The notes under the pieces were generated by a model. That model made no database searches. It was given only the letters and a program-made list of their open reading frames with translations, and had not been told where the DNA came from. Of a stretch of 64,000 nt of DNA, positions 9,886 through 20,331 are shown piece by piece. Source of the DNA: Clostridia bacterium (lineage in GTDB: Bacteria > Bacillota > Clostridia > TANB77 > UBA1234). Made by a program: the position numbers and the translations under genes. Location: positions 571,048 to 635,047 of the forward strand of contig JAFWYG010000005.1 in NCBI GenBank assembly GCA_017522765.1, written 5' to 3'. Positions within the stretch are counted from its first letter, which is position 1; the number at the start of each line of letters is the position of its first letter.

Positions 9886-10623
9886 CTATCCTTCCGGTTC
9901 AGGATCTATATCTACAAACTTCATGTATTCTTCAACCATTTTAGGGTTATGACCAAACGCAATCGTGTGAAGCAAATATTGATTCACAAGTTCTTCATCA
10001 TTATCTTGAGTAAGAACTTCGTAACTTTTTAACAAATACTTTTTTAAACCTTCAATCTTACGATTAATCGGCTCACCTTTTAAAGTTGGTTTAAGTCTCG
10101 AAAGCGAAGAAGCATAAAATAATCCATAAAACAATAACGCTATAGCAGCAAATTCACAAAGGTCATACCAATAGCTGTCCTCCCCAGCAAAAATTGCGCA
10201 GAAAAACAAGAATATAATTGCCAAAATTATCATTTTTCCATGACCTTTATGCTTAGGGTTATTTTTTTCCAAAAGATTCATACCATCCACCAAGTCTTTA
10301 GCAGCATAAATATCAAGGTCAGAATAAAAAGAACTTTCAGTTCCCATTTTAAATCTTCCTTCTTTGATCTTACTAAGCAAAAACTTCTCACATTCAAAAG
10401 AAACGTTATCATCAATTACAATAAGAAATGGTCCATCAATTTTCACCTTTTTCTTGCGAATAAGGTCAGCTAACCCTGCCACAAAAACATTTTGATTCAT
10501 ATTTCTTCTACCATTTGGGTCATTAAGATATTTAGTAAGTATAGGAGAACCAAGTTCAAAAACTTCTTTGTAATATTCCAGATTGTCATCATAATCAGCT
10601 ACAATAAACTCTTTTTTACTCAT
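9886..10623 (-). CDS. Hypothetical membrane protein
   Basis: RBS AAGGA before the internal ATG (MSKKEF). One central TM (MIILAIIFLFFCAIFA). Preceded by a leader and terminator structure. Confidence 0.5.
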   Translation of the reverse strand: MSKKEFIVADYDDNLEYYKEVFELGSPILTKYLNDPNGRRNMNQNVFVAGLADLIRKKKVKIDGPFLIVIDDNVSFECEKFLLSKIKEGRFKMGTESSFYSDLDIYAAKDLVDGMNLLEKNNPKHKGHGKMIILAIIFLFFCAIFAGEDSYWYDLCEFAAIALLFYGLFYASSLSRLKPTLKGEPINRKIEGLKKYLLKSYEVLTQDNDEELVNQYLLHTIAFGHNPKMVEEYMKFVDIDPEPEG

Positions 10624-10671
10624 AAAAATCCTTTCCCTTGCCAAGATAAATAAAACAAAAAGCACTTTGTC

Positions 10672-10706
10672 CCATTGCTAGGACAAAGTGCTAAAACTTT
10701 GCTATA
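10672..10706 (-). terminator. Intrinsic terminator / attenuator hairpin immediately upstream of the 10623 start
   Basis: Perfect 12-bp stem agcactttgtcc/ggacaaagtgct, followed on the minus strand by TTTTTGTTTT. Confidence 0.55.
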
Positions 10707-10709
10707 CCA

Positions 10710-10960
10710 CCTACATACAATCATATGGATCCTCTATAACGTGAGAAAAAACGTCAAAACTTACTAGATTCAGTTTTGAAACTCAGAGGTGATTTTCGAG
10801 AAACTGTTCAACCACTGGCTTTCACCGTACCCAGCTCGCTTATTGGCCTAGAAGCAACCTACTCTCCTCTTCATAGTCATATATATTGGCACTAGTGTGC
10901 CGTACGAGTAGTATTATAACAAGGATTCTGTAGATTGTAAAGATATAAAATGGAGAATTT
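10710..10960 (-). promoter_or_regulatory. Candidate structured 5' leader (promoter, about 230 nt, then terminator); possible riboswitch or attenuator of unidentified class
   Basis: On the minus strand there is an extended -10 TGTTATAAT. A GC-richer 230-nt segment follows, ending in the terminator hairpin and then the RBS and ATG of the downstream gene. No known riboswitch consensus was recognised. Confidence 0.3.
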
Positions 10961-10968
10961 TAGTGTTT

Positions 10969-12510
10969 TTAAGCTTCTTCCATTTCTACTTTCTTTCCTT
11001 TATTTAATATAAATTTGGCTAAACTCTTAAAATATGCAAATTCTTCTGATTTTCTATAAATCAAGAATAATATTAAGTTAGGCACTACCAAGCATAGAGC
11101 TACTCTAGCGATGACATCCAACCACAAATTAGATATTGCAAAAGTCATTGATATTCCATAAGTAATAACGGCAATAACTACAAATAATAAGAAATATGTA
11201 AGATTTTCTTTTATATACTTTGAATATTTGCCACCAAGTAAATTTTTGTATACAAACTTAGGATATGTATAACACCATAAAGCCATGCTACTTATAATAG
11301 TTCCCATAAACACACCAGCAAGACCAAATGGTTTTATAAGTATGATAGAAAATATAATATTTAAAAGTGATTCGACAATTGGTACGTATTTAGTTTCAAT
11401 ACAAATACCTGCAGCATTATTAAATACATCATTAGTTTGTCTCATCATTTTTTGATATTGATTTATAACTAACACCACTAATACAGCTATCGAAAGTAAA
11501 AATTCTTCACCCATCCAAAGTTTTATAAAACTTTGCGTAACAATCAAGATTGAAATTGTTGAAAATGTTGTTATCCAGAAGTTAAAAAATCTAATTTTTT
11601 TATAAACGTCAAAAGAACGTTCCTTATCATTTTCTGTCAATAAATCTCCAACACTTGGCACTAAAGCAGATATCATTTGATTAACAACTTCTGAAACAGC
11701 ATAAATTATCATAAAATAATTCGAATATAATCCAGCAACGAGCAATCCAAAAAATTTAGAAATTATAATATTGTCTGTGCCATTTACAATAATACCGCCT
11801 ACTCTATGAAACAGTTGTGCCTTGATTCTAGCAAATATATCTTTTTCAAGTTCTTTATCTATTTTTTGTACATTCTTATCTTTTATAAAAGCATGTTTTT
11901 TATTTGCCACAAAAGTAATAACTATATTTTCAATTAATATACATACACTCTTAATTGCCAAATATAAATAATAATTTTTAGTAAAATACAAAATACCTAA
12001 TTGTGCTGCATTCATCGCAACAATATAAAACATATCTATTATGCTAACCATATAGTTTTCTTGATACGCATACAAAATCGAACGTTTATATGTTAATACA
12101 TATGATGCCAACGATTGTGATAAAAATAATATATACACAAGAACGAAGTTTAAGTCTAAAGTTGTTTCACCTATAAAAAAGTCCAAAAATGGTATCAAAG
12201 AAACACCTATAATAGCAACAATAACTGTAATCCAATTATATGCTTTTTTATATAAATTCATTAACGATTTAATGGTCTCTTTATCGTCATTTGCAATTGG
12301 TTTATATAAATTAAAAATAATAGCTTGTCCTATTCCAAGTTCAGCCAAACTTAACAATCCAATAACATTTGTAAATAAACCATTCGCACCTAAATATTCA
12401 GCATCTAATATTAAGACAAATATTTTTTGCGCAAGAAAAGTTATTAATATTTTTATTACCATCATCATTGTTGCAAATAAACTATTTTTTACCGAAGATT
12501 CTGTACGCAT
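10969..12510 (-). CDS. Polysaccharide biosynthesis flippase (Wzx/MOP family)
   Basis: 513 aa with about 14 TM segments. Typical Wzx N-terminus (LFATMMMVIKILITF...GLFTNVIGLLSLAELGIGQAII). Confidence 0.75.
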   Translation of the reverse strand: MRTESSVKNSLFATMMMVIKILITFLAQKIFVLILDAEYLGANGLFTNVIGLLSLAELGIGQAIIFNLYKPIANDDKETIKSLMNLYKKAYNWITVIVAIIGVSLIPFLDFFIGETTLDLNFVLVYILFLSQSLASYVLTYKRSILYAYQENYMVSIIDMFYIVAMNAAQLGILYFTKNYYLYLAIKSVCILIENIVITFVANKKHAFIKDKNVQKIDKELEKDIFARIKAQLFHRVGGIIVNGTDNIIISKFFGLLVAGLYSNYFMIIYAVSEVVNQMISALVPSVGDLLTENDKERSFDVYKKIRFFNFWITTFSTISILIVTQSFIKLWMGEEFLLSIAVLVVLVINQYQKMMRQTNDVFNNAAGICIETKYVPIVESLLNIIFSIILIKPFGLAGVFMGTIISSMALWCYTYPKFVYKNLLGGKYSKYIKENLTYFLLFVVIAVITYGISMTFAISNLWLDVIARVALCLVVPNLILFLIYRKSEEFAYFKSLAKFILNKGKKVEMEEA

Positions 12511-12522
12511 TTTTTCACCTCT

Positions 12523-14340
12523 TTATTCGTTATAGTCGAACATGTAATACCATACTACTTTTTCGTACTCTTTTATTTTTTCATAATATGGTGAACTCTC
12601 ATCATCATAAGAATAACGTTCCCCATTATTTCCAATATAATAATTAGCTGTAATTACCGGAATACTTTCTCTCATTTCTTTCATATAACTTGCATATTCA
12701 TCCAAAGGAATTCCAGCAGCCTCTAATAGAATACTTTGTAAATAGTTCACACTCGTTTCAACATCTGTTTGTTCTGGTATATCATAATTTGCATATATCA
12801 AAAACGGTACTATATATTTAGCTTCCTCTTCATCTACTAAAGTATCATACTGTTCTTGTCCAACATTAGGTTGATGGTCTCCAAAAAACAAAAGAATTGT
12901 ATCTTCTGGATATTCATCTATATATGCAACTAACTCTTTCAAAGCCTCCTCTGACATCTTCATTCTTTGAAGATATACATTTAATTCTTCATTACCTTCA
13001 ACATATTTTTCTCCAGAGCTTTCGTTGTAAGGTAAATGATTTTGCATAGTTACTATAAAAGAAAAATTGTTTTCACCTGACTCTTTCGAATCCATTATTT
13101 CATACCATTGTTCATATGTAGACTCATCTGTTGGATAACCTTCTTGTTCGTAAACTAGGTCGTCCATGTCTTCTTCGAATTTAATATTTTCAAATTCAAA
13201 CAATTCATATACTTTTTTACGACTATATCCAGACGCATACCATGAATGCATTCCATGCGATTCATAATCTAATTCTTCTAATGATGCAACAATAGATTCC
13301 GGAACTTCTTCAAACACATATTGTTGATATGGAATCGATCCTTTCGGTAAAAACGCAGTTGTGTTTTGAGTTAGAAATTCATATTCACAATTTGAAGTTT
13401 TTCCAGCAAAAACTGAGGAATGTAATTTTCCCTCTATGATATTTTCTTTATCTGATAATTGATTAAAGAAACTCATTACTTCTTTCTTTTGGTCAAAACC
13501 ATATATTTCTGTCAAATCCGAAAAAGATTCATTCATTACAACTAAAATATTTGGTGTTTTCTCATCAATCAAATTTGTCTTGGTGTCGTATTTTTCTAAA
13601 AGATGTTTTGTTTCAGTTGAAGAATATTGATTTGGCATATCTAACGATAAATTTTCTTTAAGCATCTTAACTAAAGACAAGCCTGCCCCCCAATCTCTAT
13701 AAGCATTATTTAAATTCCACATTTCCATTTTTGCAAACACTGAATTACTAAAGAATATTATTAAGATAAGAATCGTACCAACAAAAAAATTTGTTATGCA
13801 ATTCAAAAAATCTCTATTTTGTTTTTTATTTAACACCTTGAACATCACAGCATTAACAAGAAAAAAAATAAAGATAGATACAACGCAAAAGAAATCTATT
13901 TTTAACCTTAATCCTTTTGAAACATTAAGCGCTGTTTTTATTGTAAAAAAATCTGCTATACATATAGCCGATCCTCTAAATTGTATTACTGCATAATTTA
14001 CCAAAGCAAACAACCAACTCATTGTAGAAACAAGTAACGCTGAAATTTTTCGATTATTGATTAAAGATTCAAAGATGCAAAAAGTTCCAATATACAGCAA
14101 CATATTTAATAATATTTTTCTTGGTCTTACAAAGTAATATATTAATAGCAAGCACTCTTTTCCAAAAGTCTTTATAGAAGAAGCTTCCGCAAAAAGTTCT
14201 CTATATTTATAATTATTTAAAAGTTCACAAGCACCATAAACCAATAAAAAATAAATAATCACAAATATATATTGGTTCTTAAAAAGATTTTTTAATCTTA
14301 TCGAAAAATTTTTCTTAGCAACAATAATTTCTTTTGTCAT
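12523..14340 (-). CDS. LtaS-like membrane sulfatase-family transferase (phosphoglycerol/alkaline phosphatase superfamily)
   Basis: N-terminal 5 TM, then a sulfatase-like domain (NILVVMNESFSD..., GKTSNCEYEFLTQ, FFGDHQP). Confidence 0.65.
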   Translation of the reverse strand: MTKEIIVAKKNFSIRLKNLFKNQYIFVIIYFLLVYGACELLNNYKYRELFAEASSIKTFGKECLLLIYYFVRPRKILLNMLLYIGTFCIFESLINNRKISALLVSTMSWLFALVNYAVIQFRGSAICIADFFTIKTALNVSKGLRLKIDFFCVVSIFIFFLVNAVMFKVLNKKQNRDFLNCITNFFVGTILILIIFFSNSVFAKMEMWNLNNAYRDWGAGLSLVKMLKENLSLDMPNQYSSTETKHLLEKYDTKTNLIDEKTPNILVVMNESFSDLTEIYGFDQKKEVMSFFNQLSDKENIIEGKLHSSVFAGKTSNCEYEFLTQNTTAFLPKGSIPYQQYVFEEVPESIVASLEELDYESHGMHSWYASGYSRKKVYELFEFENIKFEEDMDDLVYEQEGYPTDESTYEQWYEIMDSKESGENNFSFIVTMQNHLPYNESSGEKYVEGNEELNVYLQRMKMSEEALKELVAYIDEYPEDTILLFFGDHQPNVGQEQYDTLVDEEEAKYIVPFLIYANYDIPEQTDVETSVNYLQSILLEAAGIPLDEYASYMKEMRESIPVITANYYIGNNGERYSYDDESSPYYEKIKEYEKVVWYYMFDYNE

Positions 14341-14369
14341 CTTTATTTTTCCACCTTACTGTAACAGCT

Positions 14370-15410
14370 TTATTTTTTCCAAAACATCATTTTTCTTATT
14401 ATCTTTCTTAATTTGTAATATAAAATCAAACTTTTTTTTCTGTTTTTTTTAATAAAAGTTATATGAATAGCCAAGTGCCAAGGCAAATTCCTTGTGTTAA
14501 CATTTTTCATAGCATTTTTCACTTCTTCGCTTTGCATTAACTGTTTTGTTTCTGTTTGCAGTTTTTTGTCGCCTGTTGCAAACGCCATAAAAGCATGATT
14601 AGCTATCAAATTCGCCATATTTGTATTTACTATATCTATTCTTTTATGTTTTTCAAATTTATCACGTTCAATTTGATTTAATAAATATTCACGTACCTTC
14701 AAAAAACTTTTTATTTTTTTTATATAATTATTTTTAGAATTAACACAGCCCTCTTCATTACAAAAATAATGATATGTTGGTTTATTTAAAAAATATATTT
14801 TATCAATAACATTCATTAAATCGCAATAAAAAACCGTATCTTCCATCACCGGTATTTCCTTTTGAAATAAAGGCGTCTTTAAAACACTTTCTTTCTTTAT
14901 TAAAAGTAGCCAAATATATCCTGGCATATTACCATTTAAAATTTCACAAATCACTTTTTGACAAAAGTCTTTTTCTTCAGTAGATACACATCGATTTAAT
15001 ATTGCCTCATCTATTTGTACTCCTAAATATTCTTTATTGCCTTCATTTATATAATAAGCCCCTCTGACAACATCAACCTTGTTTTCTACCAACGCCTCAA
15101 ATAAATTTCCAATCGCATCTCTTTCTAGCCAATCATCAGAATCTAAAAACGCAATATACTCCCCTGTACTATTTTTTATTCCATCATTTCTTGCTTCACT
15201 TACGCCTGCATTCTGCTTATTTACTATCACAACTCTACTGTCTTTAGCACTATATTCTTCCAATATTTTCAAACTATTATCTTTTGAACCATCATTAACG
15301 CAAATTATTTCAATATTCTTGTATGTTTGATTTATGGCTGAATCTAGACATTTTGAAATAAATTTTTCGGCATTATAAACAGGTATGATTATCGAAATTT
15401 TAGGATTCAT
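14370..15410 (-). CDS. Family 2 glycosyltransferase
   Basis: ISIIIPVYNAEKFISKCLDS...NDGSKD...FLDSDDW, the GT2 DXD architecture. Confidence 0.85.
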   Translation of the reverse strand: MNPKISIIIPVYNAEKFISKCLDSAINQTYKNIEIICVNDGSKDNSLKILEEYSAKDSRVVIVNKQNAGVSEARNDGIKNSTGEYIAFLDSDDWLERDAIGNLFEALVENKVDVVRGAYYINEGNKEYLGVQIDEAILNRCVSTEEKDFCQKVICEILNGNMPGYIWLLLIKKESVLKTPLFQKEIPVMEDTVFYCDLMNVIDKIYFLNKPTYHYFCNEEGCVNSKNNYIKKIKSFLKVREYLLNQIERDKFEKHKRIDIVNTNMANLIANHAFMAFATGDKKLQTETKQLMQSEEVKNAMKNVNTRNLPWHLAIHITFIKKNRKKSLILYYKLRKIIRKMMFWKK

Positions 15411-15420
15411 TTTTTCACCT

Positions 15421-16398
15421 CTATTTCATTTTTCCATTCGCTATCATCGCCATTTTCCTTAACAAGAAAATACATTTTAAATTAAACGCTTGCACATATA
15501 GTCTTGTTTTTAACGGCTCTTTTTTCAGATAAATATTTTTTGTGTATTTTGGATATTTTTCCTTCATTACTTTCAATGCTTTTTCTAATCTTGGTGCATA
15601 TATTTCTTTATCATATTTTAAGATTTCCATTGTGTACATTATTATCAAATGCTTTATATGTAGATATTCTATTTCGTTTTTATACTTATCGTAATTTCCA
15701 TGCTCTTTAAATGTGTTTTCAAGTGTTTCTAACGATATAAATTTGTCGTCCCTGTTAGGTTTAAATTTCACTTCTCTCATTATTGAGTTTGTTCTCACTA
15801 CATAATAGTACAAATATTCATCTATATGGCCTATGTTAGTTGTGTAATTTACTAGTCCTGGAGTTAATGCTAAATCTTCATAAATTATTCCTTTTTTGTA
15901 TTCTAAATTATTGTTTTTCCAGAAGTCATATTTGTATACTCTTCTCCATGCTGCCGGTGCAGAAAGCATGAATTTTATTTCATTGCCAACATCCCAATCC
16001 ATTTGTTTTGATTTTACTTCTTCTGTAGCTCCGTCAGAATATACGTAATTATTAAAACTCAAAATATCATACGGATGTTTTTCTAATTCTGTATTAAGTT
16101 TTTCTAATGCATCTTCTGTTATAAAGTCATCTCCATCTAAAAAGAAAACATATTCTCCTGCCGCATGTTTAAAACCGTAATTCCTTGCATCTGAAAGTCC
16201 ACCATTTTCTTTTTTTAAATGCTTGAATCTTGAATCTTTTGCTTCATATTCTTTACAAATTTGTGCGCTATTATCTGGAGAACCATCATCTACTAATAAC
16301 ACTTCAAAATCTTTATGTGTTTGATTTGTTATTGATTCTAAACATTTAGGTAAATATTCTTCAATGTTGTATATTGGTACTATTATAGAAAACTTCAT
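15421..16398 (-). CDS. Family 2 glycosyltransferase
   Basis: FSIIVPIYNIEEYLPKCLES...DDGSPDNS...FLDGDD. Confidence 0.85.
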   Translation of the reverse strand: MKFSIIVPIYNIEEYLPKCLESITNQTHKDFEVLLVDDGSPDNSAQICKEYEAKDSRFKHLKKENGGLSDARNYGFKHAAGEYVFFLDGDDFITEDALEKLNTELEKHPYDILSFNNYVYSDGATEEVKSKQMDWDVGNEIKFMLSAPAAWRRVYKYDFWKNNNLEYKKGIIYEDLALTPGLVNYTTNIGHIDEYLYYYVVRTNSIMREVKFKPNRDDKFISLETLENTFKEHGNYDKYKNEIEYLHIKHLIIMYTMEILKYDKEIYAPRLEKALKVMKEKYPKYTKNIYLKKEPLKTRLYVQAFNLKCIFLLRKMAMIANGKMK

Positions 16399-16417
16399 CT
16401 ACATTCCTCTTTTCGTA

Positions 16418-17383
16418 TTATCTTAATTTTAAATACATTTTTAAAAGTCTTGCTGTTATTTTAATTCCGCAGATTTTTCTTATCTTATTTACTAATTTTA
16501 CTTTTGGGTTGTTATCGTATTGTAAAATCCATTTATATTCATAAACATTATCTGTTACTTTTATTTTTTCTTCTTTAGACAAACTTAAATTATTAGCAAG
16601 TAAAATTATATATTCATATGCCAAGAAATTATTTATACATTCGTTTTCCTTATTGTTTGGATTTTTTATTGCATGTTTCTTTATAATTTCAATCAATGCA
16701 TTCACATTTCTTGCTTTTACCGTGTGAGTTATAGAACCAGCTCTATTTTGTCTGTAATAGTAATACGGAGTATTGTTGTAATCAATTGTTTTAGAAGCTT
16801 TTAACGCTCTAATCATCCACTCTATATCTTCAGATACCAAACCTTTTTCAAAGAACAACTCATTCGCTAATATAAACTCTCTTCTAAAAGATTTTGTACA
16901 TGCACTCCCCGGGAATTTTTTTAAAGAAGTTATATAGTTTAATTTTTCTTCTTTATTTTTTAGTTCATCCATATTTAGATCTTCATCTAATTCTTGTGTT
17001 TCTCTTGTGTCTGTAAAAAATTTAAAACCTTTTAAAAAGATTATATCTGCATTTTTTTCTTCACATGTTTTTGAAATTTTACTTAATGAATTTTCATGTA
17101 TGAAATCGTCCGAATCCAAGAAAATTATATACTCTCCTATAGATTCTCTTGCTCCACAGTTTCTAGCATCTGAAAGTCCACCGTTAGGTTTGTGAATTAC
17201 TTTTACTCTCTTATCTTGTTCTGCATACTCATCACAAATTTTTACACTATTGTCCGTTGAACCATCATCTACTAATATCAATTCATAATTTTCGAAATCT
17301 TGTTTTAATACACTATCCACACATTCTTTTAAATAATTTTCCGTATTATATATTGGAATTATTATGCTAAATTTGGGAGTCAT
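16418..17383 (-). CDS. Family 2 glycosyltransferase
   Basis: FSIIIPIYNTENYLKECVDS...DDGSTDNS...FLDSDDF. Confidence 0.85.
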   Translation of the reverse strand: MTPKFSIIIPIYNTENYLKECVDSVLKQDFENYELILVDDGSTDNSVKICDEYAEQDKRVKVIHKPNGGLSDARNCGARESIGEYIIFLDSDDFIHENSLSKISKTCEEKNADIIFLKGFKFFTDTRETQELDEDLNMDELKNKEEKLNYITSLKKFPGSACTKSFRREFILANELFFEKGLVSEDIEWMIRALKASKTIDYNNTPYYYYRQNRAGSITHTVKARNVNALIEIIKKHAIKNPNNKENECINNFLAYEYIILLANNLSLSKEEKIKVTDNVYEYKWILQYDNNPKVKLVNKIRKICGIKITARLLKMYLKLR

Positions 17384-17508
17384 TTTTTCACCTCTTCAAT
17401 TTGTTATTCTACTCTCATTTTGCTTCTTATAGTATATATAACAAGAGCCTATTTTTCAAGAAATACATAAAAAGAGCCTCGGCCATTTTTATAGCCAAGG
17501 CTTGTGTT

Positions 17509-18054
17509 TTATATACTTATTCCTAATTTTTCCATTGCAACTTTGTGATCTTCTCTTGTGATGCTTCCTATCCATTCGCCTTTTTCTTGCATTTCCATCA
17601 TTTCGTCTATTGTTACCCATTTAGCTGCGATTGCTTCTCCGTCTGGGAACGTTACTAATTCTGCTGGGATGTCTGTTCTAAATAGCCAGTAGTCTTTGAA
17701 ATATACATCTCCTTTGTGTGTTCTTAGGAATACGGCTTCTTCTTCTCTAAAGACTAGTCCAAGTTCTTCTTCCATTTCTCTTAAGATCGCTTGTACACTA
17801 GTTTCATCTTTTAATGCTGAACCACCGTTACATTCCCACATTAATGGATATTTTTTATGTGCAGCTCTTTGACTTATTAAGATTTGTCCTTTACTATTTA
17901 GTATCATCGCTTCTATTGCTATGTGGTACTCTCCTGGTTGTAATTTTGTCACTCCTCTTTCTGCTATTTTGCCTGTTTTGTTTTTGTTTTCATCATAGAT
18001 ATCCCATAATTCTCCCATGATCTTTCTTCCTTTCCTTTTTATTTCAAAAGGCAT
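17509..18054 (-). CDS. NUDIX hydrolase
   Basis: Nudix box GGSALKDETSVQAILREMEEELGL. Confidence 0.85.
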   Translation of the reverse strand: MPFEIKRKGRKIMGELWDIYDENKNKTGKIAERGVTKLQPGEYHIAIEAMILNSKGQILISQRAAHKKYPLMWECNGGSALKDETSVQAILREMEEELGLVFREEEAVFLRTHKGDVYFKDYWLFRTDIPAELVTFPDGEAIAAKWVTIDEMMEMQEKGEWIGSITREDHKVAMEKLGISI

Positions 18055-18077
18055 CGAGTTTCCCCAATGCCTCTTTT

Positions 18078-20327
18078 TTAATGTCCTATTTCCACTTCTT
18101 GATTACGCTCTCTAGTTTGTTCTATTGAATCTCCTGGTGCTCTTGTTTCTATGTGTTTTCCAAGGTATTGATCTATCCTTGGATCTCCTGTTTCGAATGT
18201 CATACTTTCAGCTCTGCCAGCTAATGTTTGCAAACTTCCCATTAATTGCACTTGTGCATCTGCAAGCATCGCTTGTTTTCTTCCGAATCCAAATGAGTTC
18301 ATCATTGCGATTTCACCTACAGTTAAGTTTGCTCCATCTCTTGTAATTGTTGCACACCAGTTATGTGCGTTTCCAATTATATATTTATTTTGATCTTGTT
18401 CAGTAAAGTCTCCAAGTCCGGCTTCTTCTCTTAATCTTCTAAATCCTTTTGCTTGTTCTGGAGTAAGGTCTGCAACTCTTAATACATCTCCTAAATCTCC
18501 TCTTGCACGATCTTGAGTTCCTGGAGAAATTACTTCGTATTGGCTATATACTAATTTCTTTTGTAGTTCTTTTATTTGTTCTGGATCTGATATTGCTGGA
18601 ACTTTATCTGATCTACCATCATACAAACTTCTTTGTTCATGTACAGCATCTGAATATGTTTGTCCATGTACTTTTTTGCGTTTTAATTTATGCGAACCAA
18701 TTGCACCCCAAGCTAAAAACGCTCCACCTACTAATGGTTCTGCAACCATCATAGCCGCACCTAAAGCAACGCCCGCCATTGTCATTCCTCTTGTTACTTT
18801 TCTTAAAAGTTCAGGACCTGTTACTCTATGTGCTTTTTTGTATATTGATTTATCTTTTTGAATGGCTGGTAATAGTTCCATTTCTTTTTTATCTAATTGT
18901 GGTAAATCTCCCAAGTACATACTTACTGGATTTCTACCAACTGTGATTCTACCATTTTTTATTAGCAATCTGTCATGTTCTTCTTGAGTTATTTCACCTT
19001 TTGCAAGTTGATCTCCTCTTTTTTGTTCATCTGCAGTCATTATATCTTGTGCTGCTGATTGATATGCTTCCATGATTTTTTTGTTTATTCTTAACGCTTC
19101 TAAATCTTTTTTGCTAATATGTTTTTGTTCAGGATTTTCCGCGAAGTATGCTTCTATCGTATCTATATCTGCATTTGGAATTATTCCTTTTTTCACAAGC
19201 TTATTTAATTTCTTTAATGTCTTTGAATATGCAACTGCTTTTATAGGAAGTTTTGATGCATTTACTTCTATACTATCAAAGCACACATAACTTCTCCCAT
19301 CTTTGTCTATCTTGTGTGTTACAAAGCTTCCCGCAACTGGTTTTCCTTTTTCATCTGAGACTATTACAACACGTGATGTTGCTTCGATAGCACTGTTTAT
19401 CATTGAAGTTTCTGCAGCGTTTCCTAAAGCTTGACAACACTTAACAGTTTCACCAAAACGCATTACTCGGATATCGTCAAATCCTAAAACTTCATAGCTA
19501 TATCCTTTATCTGTAGTGCCTTCTATTGTTGGCATTGAAGTTTCTGTACGACCTCTCATTTGGTCATATATTATTTTATATTTTTCTATTTTACTTTGTG
19601 GCACATTGTGATATGCCATGTAAGTATCAAATTCGTTTCCACCTTTTTCTTGAGATATTTGGATATATCTTTGAATGTTTTCAGGTGTTTTTATATCTAC
19701 ACATCTAGAAATACTTTCCCAGTGACTTTGTAGCTCTGCTAAGTTCATTGTGGTTAGTAGTTCTGGATTTTCTTTTACTAATCTAAAAAATTGCGGATCA
19801 TATTGCATTTCTAATCCGTTAAAGTGTTCTAAATCTTCAAAAGTTTTTCCTTGAAGCATGTTTACCAAACTGCTTAGTCTTGGACCAGCATCTGGATCAT
19901 TTTCAAACACACCATATATCCCCGCAAGTGTAAGCGCTAATTTTCTGCCATCATAATCTGCTTTTTTGAAATAATCTGTTTTAGTTAATGGTGCCCATGC
20001 TGATTGACTAAAGTTTTCTATATATTCTTTAGGAAATTCTTTTACTAATAGCGGTGGTGCAAAGCCGTGATGTTCTATAAATTTACTTGTATTTCCCGCA
20101 TAGTTAATTAATTCACCTATCTCTAATTCGCCAGCTTCTGCAAAGATTTTGTCTAGTGATGTAACATGTTTTTTTCCACCTACAACAATATCTGAAAGCG
20201 CACCAATTAAAGCCTGGCTTTCTATTCCTTTACTTTGGAAGAAAGCAGCTTTGTCTTCTTGGGTTCTTTCACTTGCTTGCAAATATGAAATTATGTCTTG
20301 AAAATCACCATAACTTATCCTTGCCAT
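18078..20327 (-). CDS. Large hypothetical protein (749 aa) with an internal TM segment
   Basis: No recognisable catalytic motifs. Hydrophobic stretch MTMAGVALGAAMMVAEPLVGGAFLAWGAIGS near residue 520. The start is 5 bp from the upstream stop. Confidence 0.5.
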   Translation of the reverse strand: MARISYGDFQDIISYLQASERTQEDKAAFFQSKGIESQALIGALSDIVVGGKKHVTSLDKIFAEAGELEIGELINYAGNTSKFIEHHGFAPPLLVKEFPKEYIENFSQSAWAPLTKTDYFKKADYDGRKLALTLAGIYGVFENDPDAGPRLSSLVNMLQGKTFEDLEHFNGLEMQYDPQFFRLVKENPELLTTMNLAELQSHWESISRCVDIKTPENIQRYIQISQEKGGNEFDTYMAYHNVPQSKIEKYKIIYDQMRGRTETSMPTIEGTTDKGYSYEVLGFDDIRVMRFGETVKCCQALGNAAETSMINSAIEATSRVVIVSDEKGKPVAGSFVTHKIDKDGRSYVCFDSIEVNASKLPIKAVAYSKTLKKLNKLVKKGIIPNADIDTIEAYFAENPEQKHISKKDLEALRINKKIMEAYQSAAQDIMTADEQKRGDQLAKGEITQEEHDRLLIKNGRITVGRNPVSMYLGDLPQLDKKEMELLPAIQKDKSIYKKAHRVTGPELLRKVTRGMTMAGVALGAAMMVAEPLVGGAFLAWGAIGSHKLKRKKVHGQTYSDAVHEQRSLYDGRSDKVPAISDPEQIKELQKKLVYSQYEVISPGTQDRARGDLGDVLRVADLTPEQAKGFRRLREEAGLGDFTEQDQNKYIIGNAHNWCATITRDGANLTVGEIAMMNSFGFGRKQAMLADAQVQLMGSLQTLAGRAESMTFETGDPRIDQYLGKHIETRAPGDSIEQTRERNQEVEIGH

Positions 20328-20331
20328 ACGC

